DNA from: Ophelia neglecta
Taxonomy: Eukaryota
Direction: 5' to 3'
Assembly (NCBI GenBank): GCA_965285935.1
Contig: OZ260667.1
Location: 25,234,001-25,298,000, forward strand
DNA length: 64,000 nt
The notes under the pieces were generated by a model. That model saw only the letters and a program-made list of their open reading frames with translations, was not told the DNA's origin and made no database searches. Below, piece after piece: positions 1-11,927 of the stretch; position 1 is the first letter of the stretch, and each line of letters starts with the position of its first letter. The position numbers and the translations under genes are program-made.

Positions 1-11
1 ATTTTCGTCAG

Positions 12-1274
12 TTGCACCTGCGAGTACGACAAGTTCGAGTGCGAAAATAGGAGAAGACTGTCAAGCAATCCTTGAGCCGCCAACTTACCGGAAGCGTCCT
101 GCAGCAACCAAGCAGCCTGGGGCGAAAAGGGGAAGATCCAGAAAATCAAGTTTCTATCGACCAAATTGTTTCGGTCCTCAGTTGAGTTCTGCAGTTGGAC
201 AAACTGTATCACATACGTTGCCATACCGACGCCGCTTGATGGGCATGGCGCATGAGGCCATGGCGCCACCGGTGGCGACGTTAACAACAATACCTGCTGG
301 ACCGTCAAGTTTATATCATCCTGGTGCTTTGCAGTACGGACCAATTCAGCCTAATTTCCACGAACCTATAGGATGTATCAAGCAACATCCTGGCATGACA
401 GACTTAAGGCGAAAGAATCAAGCAAATAACCAGAGGCAGAAAAATAATATAATGACGGCTCCCGGACGTAAAACACCCGCCCAGGCCGTGTCCAATGCTA
501 ACAGCGCCATGGCTAGTGTGAGTAAAAACAACAACATACAAGAGACAGGCAGAAGTCTTCAAGCTCATAACATGACATCGGATTCGGCATTGCATCGAAA
601 TTACGCTGGAACTTGGCTTTCACAAAAACGGCAGTCTGGTATTAACATTGGCGCCCGGCCTTACTGGGTTCCCACCGGTGCCTCCACCGTGCAAGCTTCT
701 TCTGATAATGGATTTGCTGCCGCTGGTCCTTATCCACAACAGATTCCTGATGTAGTTGGCGGTGTTCCTTTTTACCGTGGCTTGATTCAGCCAGGCCCAA
801 GAAGTCATCAGCCATACAGCGCTGTAGACAAGAATATTGCAAATGTACAAATGTGGCAATTTCCACAACGGTTACAATATATGGTAAGCACCTTCATAAC
901 TTAAGCAATATCTAAATATTCCTGCTTTATAATTTTCTTTCAGTCGGATTTTTGTGTAAAAAGATAACACTTATTGCTCTATAAGATTTACGGCATTAAT
1001 CCTATGCTTTATTTTTTCTCAGTCTGGCAGGCAAAGCGGGTTGATCCCCAATGGCACATTTCCTCTTATGTTTCCATCGTGTCCTCGCCAGAATTATCCT
1101 CACGTGAGCACTCAGGAGAACTTCACCTTAACCACTGTATCTGACTTCTCATCTCGAGTCGCTAACAGTGTCGTCTATCCACAACCGTATTTCCAAAATT
1201 ATAACAACATTAACATTAACCAGATGAGTAACTACAATGCCAATAAGTTATTCTCCCGGGGTAGCTATAATTGA
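12..1274 (+). CDS. 3' end (last two coding exons) of an unidentified gene; low-complexity P/Q/N/S-rich C-terminus with an AT-hook-like basic motif
   Basis: Frame is open from position 2 through 883. Possible acceptor ttttcgtcag at 11. Donor ATG|gtaagc after 883 (phase 0) and acceptor ttttttctcag before 1023 join in frame to SGRQSGLIPNGTF...SRGSYN* ending 1274. AATAAA at 1621 and 1692. The 5' part lies outside the window; no folded domain recognised. Confidence 0.7.
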
Positions 1275-1620
1275 TAAAACCATTTCGAAAGGATAAGAGA
1301 AAGAAATGAACAATCAGCCATGAAATACGTCTTTCTGAGTCTATAAGAACTCATCTTGACATCAATTTGAAACTGTTATGTGACTTTAAAAAAATGTTAT
1401 CATATTTTACAATTGTTTTATCAAATGTTGTTTTACCATACTGTTTCAACATTTCGAACTATTTTCATTTTGTGAAAAGGTAACACGTTTTGGTGTGTCT
1501 TTGTGTGTGTGTCTGGTTGTGTACGCGCGTGTGATTTAGCCGTTATAAATTATGATTGTTTCAGATTTATGACATACATAATCACAACAAACTACCATCT
1601 GGTTGCTTTGAATCAAGTGC

Positions 1621-1626
1621 AATAAA
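1621..1626 (+). terminator. Polyadenylation signal of the first gene
   Basis: AATAAA about 350 nt after the stop at 1274; second AATAAA at 1692-1697. Confidence 0.5.
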
Positions 1627-3434
1627 TCATGCTTTTAACAAGGACGTTGGCATTTTATCAATATAAATTCTAGCATTTTACTACTTTGTGCAATAAACCA
1701 CTCCTCTAAGACTACTTTTACTGCGACCCCGACTTGATCGGCACTCCTTACCAGAACAGGAAACAGGAAAACCCTTCTTATTGAAGATGTTTACTCTTTA
1801 CTGCTGGATAAAAGGGCCAGCCGGAGATATGTCACACTGCTAACCAACAGCCAGATTTCTTACTTTAAAGCCTTATTGCAATTGCAAGCAACAGTGGTCA
1901 ACAAAAGATTTGTATGACCAATTTCATCTGTGCATGGGGATATAACATGGGGAATTTATTTAACTGGCCTTTTCTTGTCAAGCAATAAGTGACAACCATT
2001 ATCACAATTCATGGGTGGATAGTGTATTAAAGAGTTTCCAAATATGTAATTTTAATTTTGATTAATGCCTTCTCGATGAGCTTAATAGCGCTGCAAAAAC
2101 ACAAATTTAGCCTTACTAATGCTGTGAACTAGTCATTGCTCTGCTATCCCCTGCTTGACTAGGAGCTGAACTAGCCTGAGTGATGGCATCTGCGCAGTAT
2201 AGGAAAGAAACTGTCACATGGTCATTGGAATCCCCTTTTAACGGTGACCTCATATTTTTGTGTTTCTGCCAGGTATCCAATCCCTTTTTCATGCTAAGGA
2301 TTGTCGAACAAGGGTTTACAGTTTACACCTGCTGGATAAAGATTTTTTGGCAGCAGCTAAATCTTAGCATTGTTTGTTGTAAGAGGCAGGTCTTCACGGT
2401 TACAGATGTATTTATTTCAAAATTCTATACGGAGGATACTATATATTGTTATAGGCCATGTCTATACCAATATTTCAATTGTCGATTATTTCAATATTTC
2501 TATTTTGTCATTAATGCCCGTTTTTTCGACTACTTATCGGTATAAAAGAATCTCCTTTGTTTTAGATTTATCAATTTTCCCTCTGAATATCCTCAAAAAC
2601 CATGCTTTGAACCCTAAATGTCAATGGTCCGTTTTTTTACCCTGGTATGGTGAGGGTGATATTCTGACTTGGAGACAGCCATAAAAACCTTATCATTTCC
2701 AGCCGGTTTTGTATAGTGCAAACGTAGGAGACAATAAAAAATGGTCTTCCGCTGCACTCGAGCATGTCGGGTAGCCTCCGGCGAAAAGGATTGGCCTTTG
2801 CATTTTCATGTGGCATAATTTCAGTGTAAGACACTGAAAAGGGACTAATATCAGCTCGAATAAATGAATAGCTAAAACGGTACAGAAATTTTTTTAAAGG
2901 TCTCCAACCTCTGATTTGTCCTACTAAATGATTTCGCACTTCAAAAGGAAATGAATAGTAATATACACAGTAAAGTAGAGTAAACATGGCATTTTAAAAA
3001 GAGAACCATGTGAAGCCTAAAACGAAGGGAGCTACATCCATGCAATTCTAACACAAAACGTGTGAAAATTAACATTAACTGTTATAATCAATTTTTGACC
3101 GTTAATCATACATTTATGCATGTGTTCCCATTTAATAGAAACACGTGTTTCATATTTTGTTATTCAATGTCACACAGCAACGTCGTCCTTATATTGTAAG
3201 GATTTAGGTCAATAGTGTTATTTTATGTGACTGTGCATAAGACGATTTCGTTAATAGGAATGTATTCGTTAGATCGTTGCTGTCATGGGACAATTTGTAA
3301 TCAAGTCACAACCAATCAATGGGATTGGAATCAAAAAGTTTATGTGAATAAAAAGAGCACATTAAAATGTAATTTAAATACATTAGTATACACAATCAAA
3401 TCCCCAATATTGATAAACGGATCTAGATGTTTCA

Positions 3435-3502
3435 TATAAAAACCATAAATATATAGGAGAACTGTACATTGAGCATTTCAAAAGGACTCTTCTTAAGCCC
3501 AG
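3435..3502 (+). promoter_or_regulatory. TATA box and short non-coding first exon of metalloprotease A
   Basis: TATAAAA at 3435; donor cag|gttagt after 3502; acceptor tacttcag before 3719, two bases upstream of the ATG. Paralog B has the same layout. Confidence 0.5.
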
Positions 3503-3720
3503 GTTAGTCCGTACTATTATGTTTATTATTTGTTTCTTAAGTTATAAAACTCAGAACCGAATTTCCCGACTGTCATAAATCGCCTCTTTACAAGGAAAAA
3601 AATAATGCCACGCAATCAATTTCAAATTGCTAAATCGTCAGCAAAATCTTAAAAGAACACTTAAATGTAGAGTTCGATGATATTTTAGGGCAATATTTTT
3701 CAATTATAATTACTTCAGAT

Positions 3721-6700
3721 ATGGCTAGGCGACTTTTGATTCTCGCCATTTTGGCGTCGTTTGGGTCGCAGTTAGTTCGGTCAACAGGTGGGTGTATAGT
3801 TACAAAATAGTACCCAATACATCACCGTGCGTGATTATGAAGCAGAAAACGTGATTGATCGACATTATAAATTGTTTAACTGCCCTTTCTATTGTAAAAT
3901 GTAAAAAGATGTGGGGAACGAATTTGAATAAATAACTATTTAAAAGATGACATCCGATTAATGTCTAATTGATCTAACATATGCACAGACGAGTTTGAAG
4001 TACGTGTCAAGGAACATCATCATATTTTGAAACGATCTCCCGGCGAAGCAAGCCTATCAAGGGACAAACAATACGGTTTTAAGAACTTCCGCTTTGACCT
4101 AGAGGGTAGAGAGGTCAACCTAAGGCTGAAACGTAATAATGGTTTTGGAAAATATTTTCCAATTTATGAGCATGTGGGGAGGACAAAGCGAGAGGTGAAG
4201 TTTCGACGAGAGGTGAGTAACAGAAAACGCAAAAAATGCGATAATTTCCAAATAAACACTATCCATCGCATACTCATTCTGTTCATAATTTCTTTCACAG
4301 GAAACTGCCTTGTATCACGACGCGGACAACTTCGCTGCTGTACAGGTGTCTGGCAGAAAACGGCGCTCACTGGTACGCCTATCTGAATAAAATCTATTGC
4401 ATACATGTGTTCTTTGGCACCTTTCATCTAAATGTATAGGATATTGTAGTTTATTTGATTTAACAATGATTTTTGTTTGCCTACCTTCATGAAGCGAGGT
4501 GTGTTCCACCACAAAGGCGATATCTACAGTATAGAGGCGACACCTAGGAGAAATAAGCGAGGCGCCCATAAAGTCAAACGTGTCAAAGGTACTTCTGAAT
4601 TTGCCTTTCATAGCCTTATTCACGGCACATACGTGTGCATCATCTCGGCAGGGGTACACTGTGTGCCCATGTCATTATCGTACAATTATACCATTAACAT
4701 ATTATTGTTTTAAACATATCCTGCAACAATTAAAATTGAGTATTATCCTGCTTACTGATGTGGGTAGCAGCAAGCGCGAGCTCAATGGTTTTGCTAATGT
4801 TTAGTCGTTATTTATCTTACTATTTCCTACACCTCATACTGCTAGCCTGAAAATAATTACAGGGAAGTTTCATTACATACTCAAAAACAGCGGAAACGGA
4901 AGTGGACAGGTTTAGAAGCGTTTTGTTCCTATTGTGCTGATTGTCTCTTAAATAAGCATACAGCAGACTGTTTTATATACTTTTAAAAAGTCTTGCATTT
5001 GAGTGTGTTTCAACCCATATAGAGTTAAAACAAATCGAGCTTGGGCAAACTCTGCCTTTCTTGCGGTTAATAGCAGCCATGTTAGAACTAATCACAATTG
5101 CAAAACACGGATTGTGAACTGAGCGGGGAGAAGGCAATGTTATTGAGTACTGCAGTACTGCAATTAAATATTTCGCCCTTGCTTTACTAATTCTTTCTAT
5201 CTTCAAAGTCGAATGCGTCTTATTCATATTAAGCCATTGGTTATACAAAACATGAAATAGGTCACTTTAACTCCTTCTGAACCCCTTTGTTCGGAATCGT
5301 TAGTACCCCACCTCAGACGTCGGTGGAGTACGTTCCAGGGAGACAGCAAGGATGTAGAAACCGGAAATGAGGACATTAAACTGACCATCAATGGCCTCAC
5401 TCATACCCTTCGGCCTGCACATAAACGACGGAGAAAATGGTCACCCAAAAAGAAAAGGGCGAGATTCCTGAGGCGCAGGAGGGCAGCACCTCCAGTGTAT
5501 GATGTCGAGTTGGATATAGTTGCAGACTGTTCAATGTGGAAAAAGTCAGTCACGTTATCTGATATCTCTATACTGTGCCTAGCATGTGGGTTTACCCGAA
5601 AAGGTGTGTCTAAATAATCAGTACATAGCATGTCACTTATTCTTTAAGTTACTACGCAAATAGCGCCAATGATGAGACCAAGGCAACTAAAGATTTGGCA
5701 GATTACATTTCAATACAGGTTAACACGGTACGTTTACAATAATCTTTTGATATAAAGGATTCTTTTAGAAGACTGGTGCCCGATACTTTCATGAATGCTT
5801 GGAAGACACTACTCGCACACATTGAATCGTCCGATATCTTGCTATATACTTGTCTTTTTTTGAACCGTAGGCCGATCTGGTGTTTAAGGCTATTGACCCG
5901 ACCACAGACGGATTCTCAGTCAACCTTTTCATCCGAAAACTTCACATATTGAAGGTAAGACGCCACATAAACTGTATCGTTATGCACAAGTTTGTCTCAC
6001 ATTAAGCATAATTAGAATCTATGACGTTCATGAATGCATTTGATTTTTTTGTCGCAGGGTAGTTTAATTGAGGGTAAATTGAAATCTTGCAATTTTCCCT
6101 CAGTATCGAGTCGTATATTTTCGTTACAGCGATCAAACAGTGGCTTCATTATTATTTCATACCATCTATTACATTTCACAGACATTAAATTACTAAATTT
6201 ACTTATCTGACAAAACCTACATGGTTAAAATCCATCAAATTGTTTTTCACTCAGTAGCAACCTACAGTTGTATGTGTTTTTTTGTATGGCATGACGTTCC
6301 CTTGATTCCTTTGCAGTCGGGCAGCGCCTGTGACTGGACGAGCAGTCACATTCGCCAGACAGCCGCGGACGACGATGATATTATCATCAACTCAACGGCC
6401 GTCCTCTCGGGTCTGCATGCTTGGAGCTACCCCAAAATTAGCTACTCTTCCCCAGACCACGTCCTTCTCTGGACCAGGTCAGTATTCTGTCTATCAGGGC
6501 ATATGATACTCAACAACTAATTTATGCTAACCCATTGTACTCTGTCTTTATGAGCCCGTCGTGTACTAAAAATCAGGTTTAGAGTTATGTTTCGGGGTCT
6601 AATGAAACATTTGTTCTGTGGAGACCGGAATAGGGCATTCAACCCTGTATCAGCTTAGGGGCCGAAATATCACAATTTATTGTAACCTACTATTGGTCCC

Positions 6701-8909
6701 AGCTAGCTAAAGCATGTTTTCATTCAGGCACAACCTTGATGGGCCTGGGACAAGTTTCTCTGAGCAGGACACAGGAAAAATCGGTAAGAGTATACCCATC
6801 GCTAGTATTGTATTGAACATAAATAAATATGAACAATATTTTTCCCTTGCCTGCCTCAAAATCTACTGTCCTTTATTGAAGCTGTGTACTCTTCATTATT
6901 TCTAAAAAGAAACTTCTACTTCGACATCGCCTATCAATTTGTGGTATATGGCATAATACAATAATATTTATATTTGTGTCTCATTATTCTTGTTCAATCC
7001 CCATCCCATCCCATCCCCCTCCCGAAAAAAAAACAGGTATGGCTTGGCTGGCTCGAGTATGTTCGCCTGGATGGGACGTATCAGTTGTAGAAGACTCGAG
7101 TTTTTTTACTTGGAAAACCGTGGCTCACGAAATAGCCCACAAGTGAGTGCATAGATACTAGGTGTCGTCAAACAGATTGGAATGTGTTTCATTGTGTAAA
7201 AAAAATATTTATTATTAAATAAATGAAATGTTTTTATGAATTGATTGTATTTGAGGGATGAAACTCGATAGTCTTAAAAAATCTACGATGTCGATATCTA
7301 TATCTCGGACCAAATCAAAATACTTAAAGTATATATCTATAGCTAATAGTTGTATATTTGTAAAAACGGTGTTGGTTGTGTAAATGAGCGATCGTTTGGG
7401 ACGTAGTTAATAATAGGGTAAATACAAGAAGGATAAACTGATAACTGTGATATATGTTTACCAACGATAAACATATTGAGGTTAAAATTAAAACTATTCA
7501 CTATCACAATAGACTACACCGAGTAGAGTTTATGCAGGAAAAGAGGTCATAATATCAGTTTGCAATTTTCAATTGTATATCATTTCATCCGTCAATAAAA
7601 CCTGACACTAAAATGAGATATTTTTTTTGCATTTTAGCCTTGGAAGTCCTCACGATGGAGACCCTACCAAGAACACAGATGGGTGTCCTGTAACCTCTGG
7701 TTTCATCATGGCGCCCTCTAACGGCCAAGCAACGCAGGCAAACATTGGTAACTCGTTCCGCTTCTCTCCCTGTTCCATAGGGTGGATGAAATTTGTACTC
7801 GAGGGAAGCTACGACGGGTAGGGCTTACTAGTCATAAACATTTCTTTCATTGTCAATATGCTAAATCAGAAAAGGCATCCACCCCTATTCCAAGTAGTGT
7901 TATATGCGAAACATATTTACGGTAGTCAATAAAAATGTCATCAAAAACTTCAGTTTGCATACTACTTGCCGTCTAGGGGTGTATATTCGCCAGACAAATC
8001 AAAATCGTGAATCGGAAATAGGCCTTTCAATCGGTCCTTAATCATCGCCAAACATCTGATGCACGAACAGATAATCCAGTCCCCGGTTCCTTACAATTAC
8101 GGCTATGCTTGAAATGAATTGAACACAATTGCTTGTGACACAACTTGCCAAGTAATGAAGTCTACAGTTTTAACGCTACGAGTCAGAGCCCAAAATATTT
8201 AGTTTCAAATGTGCAGAATAATGCAAACAATATTTTGTAATAGGATTTTGCTAATACAATGTGCCGTGATAGAACAAAAGTCCTATTTCGAACGTTACAC
8301 CTAAGCCTGAACAGATATAACTGTAAATAAGGAGGCTGAATTAATTTTATGTTCATAATTCAGCCATTAAGTTATCATTCGATGCCGATAATTTAAATGT
8401 GCCTAAGTTTACCGGACAACATTTTCAGTTACCCTAAGCTGTGTTTAACTAACCGACAATGCTCTGATGCTGATTCAAACATTAACCGCGATGTCAGCCA
8501 AATGATAGGAATCAGCTTTAACCCCGACACCTTCTGTGAAGACCAGTTTGGAGCAGGATATTTTCATGACGTAATGGCTTTCAACTATTCGATTATCCCA
8601 TATCGTTTTAAATATCATTCATTCAATATTTGCATTCTATCAAAAGAAGTAAGGCTTATCATGCAAACAAACATGGTAGGTCCAATAGAATGATAAGTGA
8701 GCTGAATAGATATTTCGATCATATAAGTTTGAACTATATGCATCTACGCCATTTAAACGTATACTAGGAGACTGATACGGCTCACAAGGACTCGATGTGC
8801 TGGCAGATGACGTGTAAGAAGCTGGCCAGCCAGGGCTGGTGGGTGGCACCGAGTCCGTACGCAGCTCCTGAGGGTGCCGACTGCGGAGGTACCACTGACA
8901 AGGTCATTT

Positions 8910-8940
<31 letters not shown>

Positions 8941-9683
8941 CCAAATTGTGTGTTTATATATATATATATAAACAGGGAGCTATCCAATCACAATTATCAA
9001 CTGAAATATATTATAGCATTTACGAAAATCATCATTAATTAATTCAACCCCCTTCATGTATAACCACTACTACCCTGCAGATTTTTTATTTCAACTTTTA
9101 CAGTGGTGTCGATCTGGTGATTGTGTATCCAAGGCGTCTCAGCCGGCACCTTCAGCTGGTAATAAGTGTACACTATTAAATTAAGGATTTTTTTTACAAT
9201 GACCGGTGTTACAGTCCAAAGTTCATTTTATACGTGAATAAGCATGATTACGATTTATGACAACCCTTGATCGACTAATGAATGTTTTCAACTCGAATAT
9301 ATCCATATTTATTCAGGAGGATCAAGTTCATGCACGTCTTCTTCGATCACAAAAACGGCACCGTCGAGTAAGTCATTTCGATACCGTCGTTGTTGTTCGT
9401 TTCATTTTACACTTTAAGTTATGTAGAACATGTTATTCAGCCCGGAAAAAAAACGCTTGATCAACTGTATAATACCGCTTATAGTTTATTCCCATGCACG
9501 ATATTTAAAATTATAATAATTTATTTTGTAGCCTGTACCAGCAATCCTCTAGTCCAGCTTAATCTAGGAACTTCTGTAATCGGTTGTTCAGAGGTACCCC
9601 TCAAGAGACCAGACTTGTGTATACTTATGCCGGAAATAGCCCAGTACTGCTGTAAAGATTGTTATGAAGCTGGTCTTATATAA
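3721..9683 (+). CDS. Secreted M12B (reprolysin/ADAMTS-type) zinc metalloprotease, MIG-17-like architecture, copy A (632 aa)
   Basis: 16 coding exons, all GT-AG and phase-consistent: 3721-3787, 3989-4212, 4301-4372, 4495-4588, 5304-5544, 5649-5727, 5871-5954, 6317-6477, 6728-6783, 7037-7142, 7638-7817, 8429-8570, 8768-8902, 9104-9158, 9317-9367, 9532-9683 (1899 nt). Signal peptide MARRLLILAILASFG. Furin site RRRR|AAPP. Catalytic start YDVELDIVAD. Zinc motif HEIAHNLGSPHD, Met-turn GFIMAP, FSPCS. ADAMTS disintegrin-like PEGADCGG...WCRSGDCV. C-terminal 6-Cys PLAC-like domain ending YCCKDC. AATAAA at 9790. Confidence 0.93.
8910..8970. repeat. Interrupted (TA)n microsatellite in an intron of protease A
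   Basis: Two TA runs, 8910-8940 and 8955-8970. Confidence 0.9.
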
Positions 9684-11661
9684 GAGGGCTCTTAGATAAC
9701 AGCTCCTTTTGAGGAACACTTAGTCGGAAAGTACTACGCCACCCATTCTGTAGAATGTACACTCTAGTTATAGCGGATGTAAACCGATTAATAAAGTTTT
9801 ATCACGGCAATGACATGAAACAATCATGTGTGTTCTTTCGTTACAACCCCCATTGCATGTTGTTATACCAGTAGCGATTTAGTCCTTTTATACAAGATTC
9901 CAAAATCAAATTATAATTATTAACCAGAAGCCAAAGTTTGACCTTGCAAGGTGTGGATGATGATTATAATGGGTTAATGATGCATTTAAATAATAACATT
10001 AAAGAAACAAATTTGCTTAACAGCCAGAACATTTCATTGCTTGTGAACGCTATAGCATGTCTAAAATAAACTTTCTATTGATATTTTAAGGTAAAATTTA
10101 CCACCATAAGAATATATATATATTTCATTCAACTGTTTCGAACATTATCATTGGTGATATGGTGAAGTCAGTCCGAAAATTGCCCTAATGTGTGCCTGAG
10201 CTGGGAATAAAGTGCAATTTTACCATATACCACGAAATGAAAAAGATTGAGTTCGGAGTAGAACCCTCATAAATGTGCTGAAAAGAGCATATGAAATATA
10301 TTGACAGGTTTCAAGAATTTGTTTAAGCAAACCAATGGCCTGAATACTAATTATTTTAGTTACTATTTATACTGACATAACCTTTATTCTGGCAAAATTT
10401 TTATTCGAGTTTGTTTGAAGCAAGTGGATTATTGTGAAAAAATAGACTACAGTTAAGCACACTATGCGTGTCGTGTTTAAGGCAATCCCTCATTCAAAAT
10501 TTCTTTGCAGATACAAAAGAATTTTTACAATGAACCAGCTGTTATGTATAAGTTTAATGGCATTAATGGATTTTTTTCATCCATAATAACTTTGCTGGGC
10601 ATGAATATTGCAGATAATGAAAGTCGATACTCTTATCTTCAGGAAAAGACAGCATATTTTACCAATTCAAATTATCTTGGCAGAGCAGAACCTGTGGGGT
10701 GTTGATTTTAATCTTTAAATTATTACCACAGATAATATCCATGTTTTCCTGTCAAAACCTTCATGATTATGAGATTGCAATAAACAACTGTCGTAAGTCA
10801 TGAAATAAAATTGATAGCATTAGGTATGGAAATACTGGGCTTAATAATGTTCGCACACAAGTCCAATTCACGAGGAAACCTTTAAAATTGACCACACAAT
10901 GATATTTCTATAACTTGTGTGTTTGCAACAGATCGTGTCGATTGAGAACTGAACACCGTTATTACGTGTTTTGCAGTATTCTGAATGGAAGTTTTTGCTG
11001 ACTACTTGATAATAAAATACTAGCTGTGCCCTAACCCTTTGTGTAAATGTTATTCCCCGTATTTGGGCCACATATATAAAAAGTATGTCTAGCAGCAAGC
11101 ATGAAAAATCACCCACATTGCCGTTTATTTTTGTTTTGTAATGGTAGTTACAATTGAATTAGCCTTTTGTTGGTTACCTTGTGTCCATGAGAACGGCTAA
11201 AGAAGACATAAAGCAGCATCCGGTTTCTAAGCTATCAAATAAAATCTTTTCGGTAAAAATATAATTCCCGCCTGTGGCAAATAAACCTGCCTACTGATTA
11301 AGGATTTGTAGTTAAATATCATGTTTTTTGATGTCTTGCACAATAAAACCTTGTGAACTGAGAGGTTATTATTCATTGTGCTGATATGTTATGTTTATAG
11401 TTCGCAACGTTAAATGTCATATCGTGGACGTATAATGTCAACCGTGGCCCAGGGCTCGTTCGTAACTTCATCGAAACATCAGTGAAACGATGGATACCAT
11501 TTTACAAACATGCAGTTTATTTATGTTTGATCGGGGTCGTTATTTATATAAAATTATTTTATTGCTTGGCAATATTTAATCAATAGATATCGTCGTTTGA
11601 TTTCATAGAGTTGTGGGATATTTGTCAAATCCTCAAGCCGTTAATCAGGTTACATATTTCG

Positions 11662-11807
11662 TATAAAAGCCATCAGAGCAAATATCTTCTTATATTCTGC
11701 TTTTAGGCAGAAACATCGCCAGATCAGGAGAGTCCGCTTCAGTTCCATTTTAATTCGTCCTGCTTGATACAGCCGTCGGTTTTATAATCGAATCATCGAC
11801 GATTATT
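11662..11807 (+). promoter_or_regulatory. TATA box and non-coding first exon of metalloprotease B
   Basis: TATAAAA at 11662; donor att|gtaagt after 11807; acceptor gccgcag before 11923, five bases upstream of the ATG at 11928. Confidence 0.55.
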
Positions 11808-11927
11808 GTAAGTTTGTTGAATATTACTTAATGATTCGTTTTTCTTCTTTTGACTTGTTTGAAATGATATTGTATAGCAACTCGTTTACGAGAGTTTTGA
11901 AATATAATGCTATTTGCCGCAGGTACA

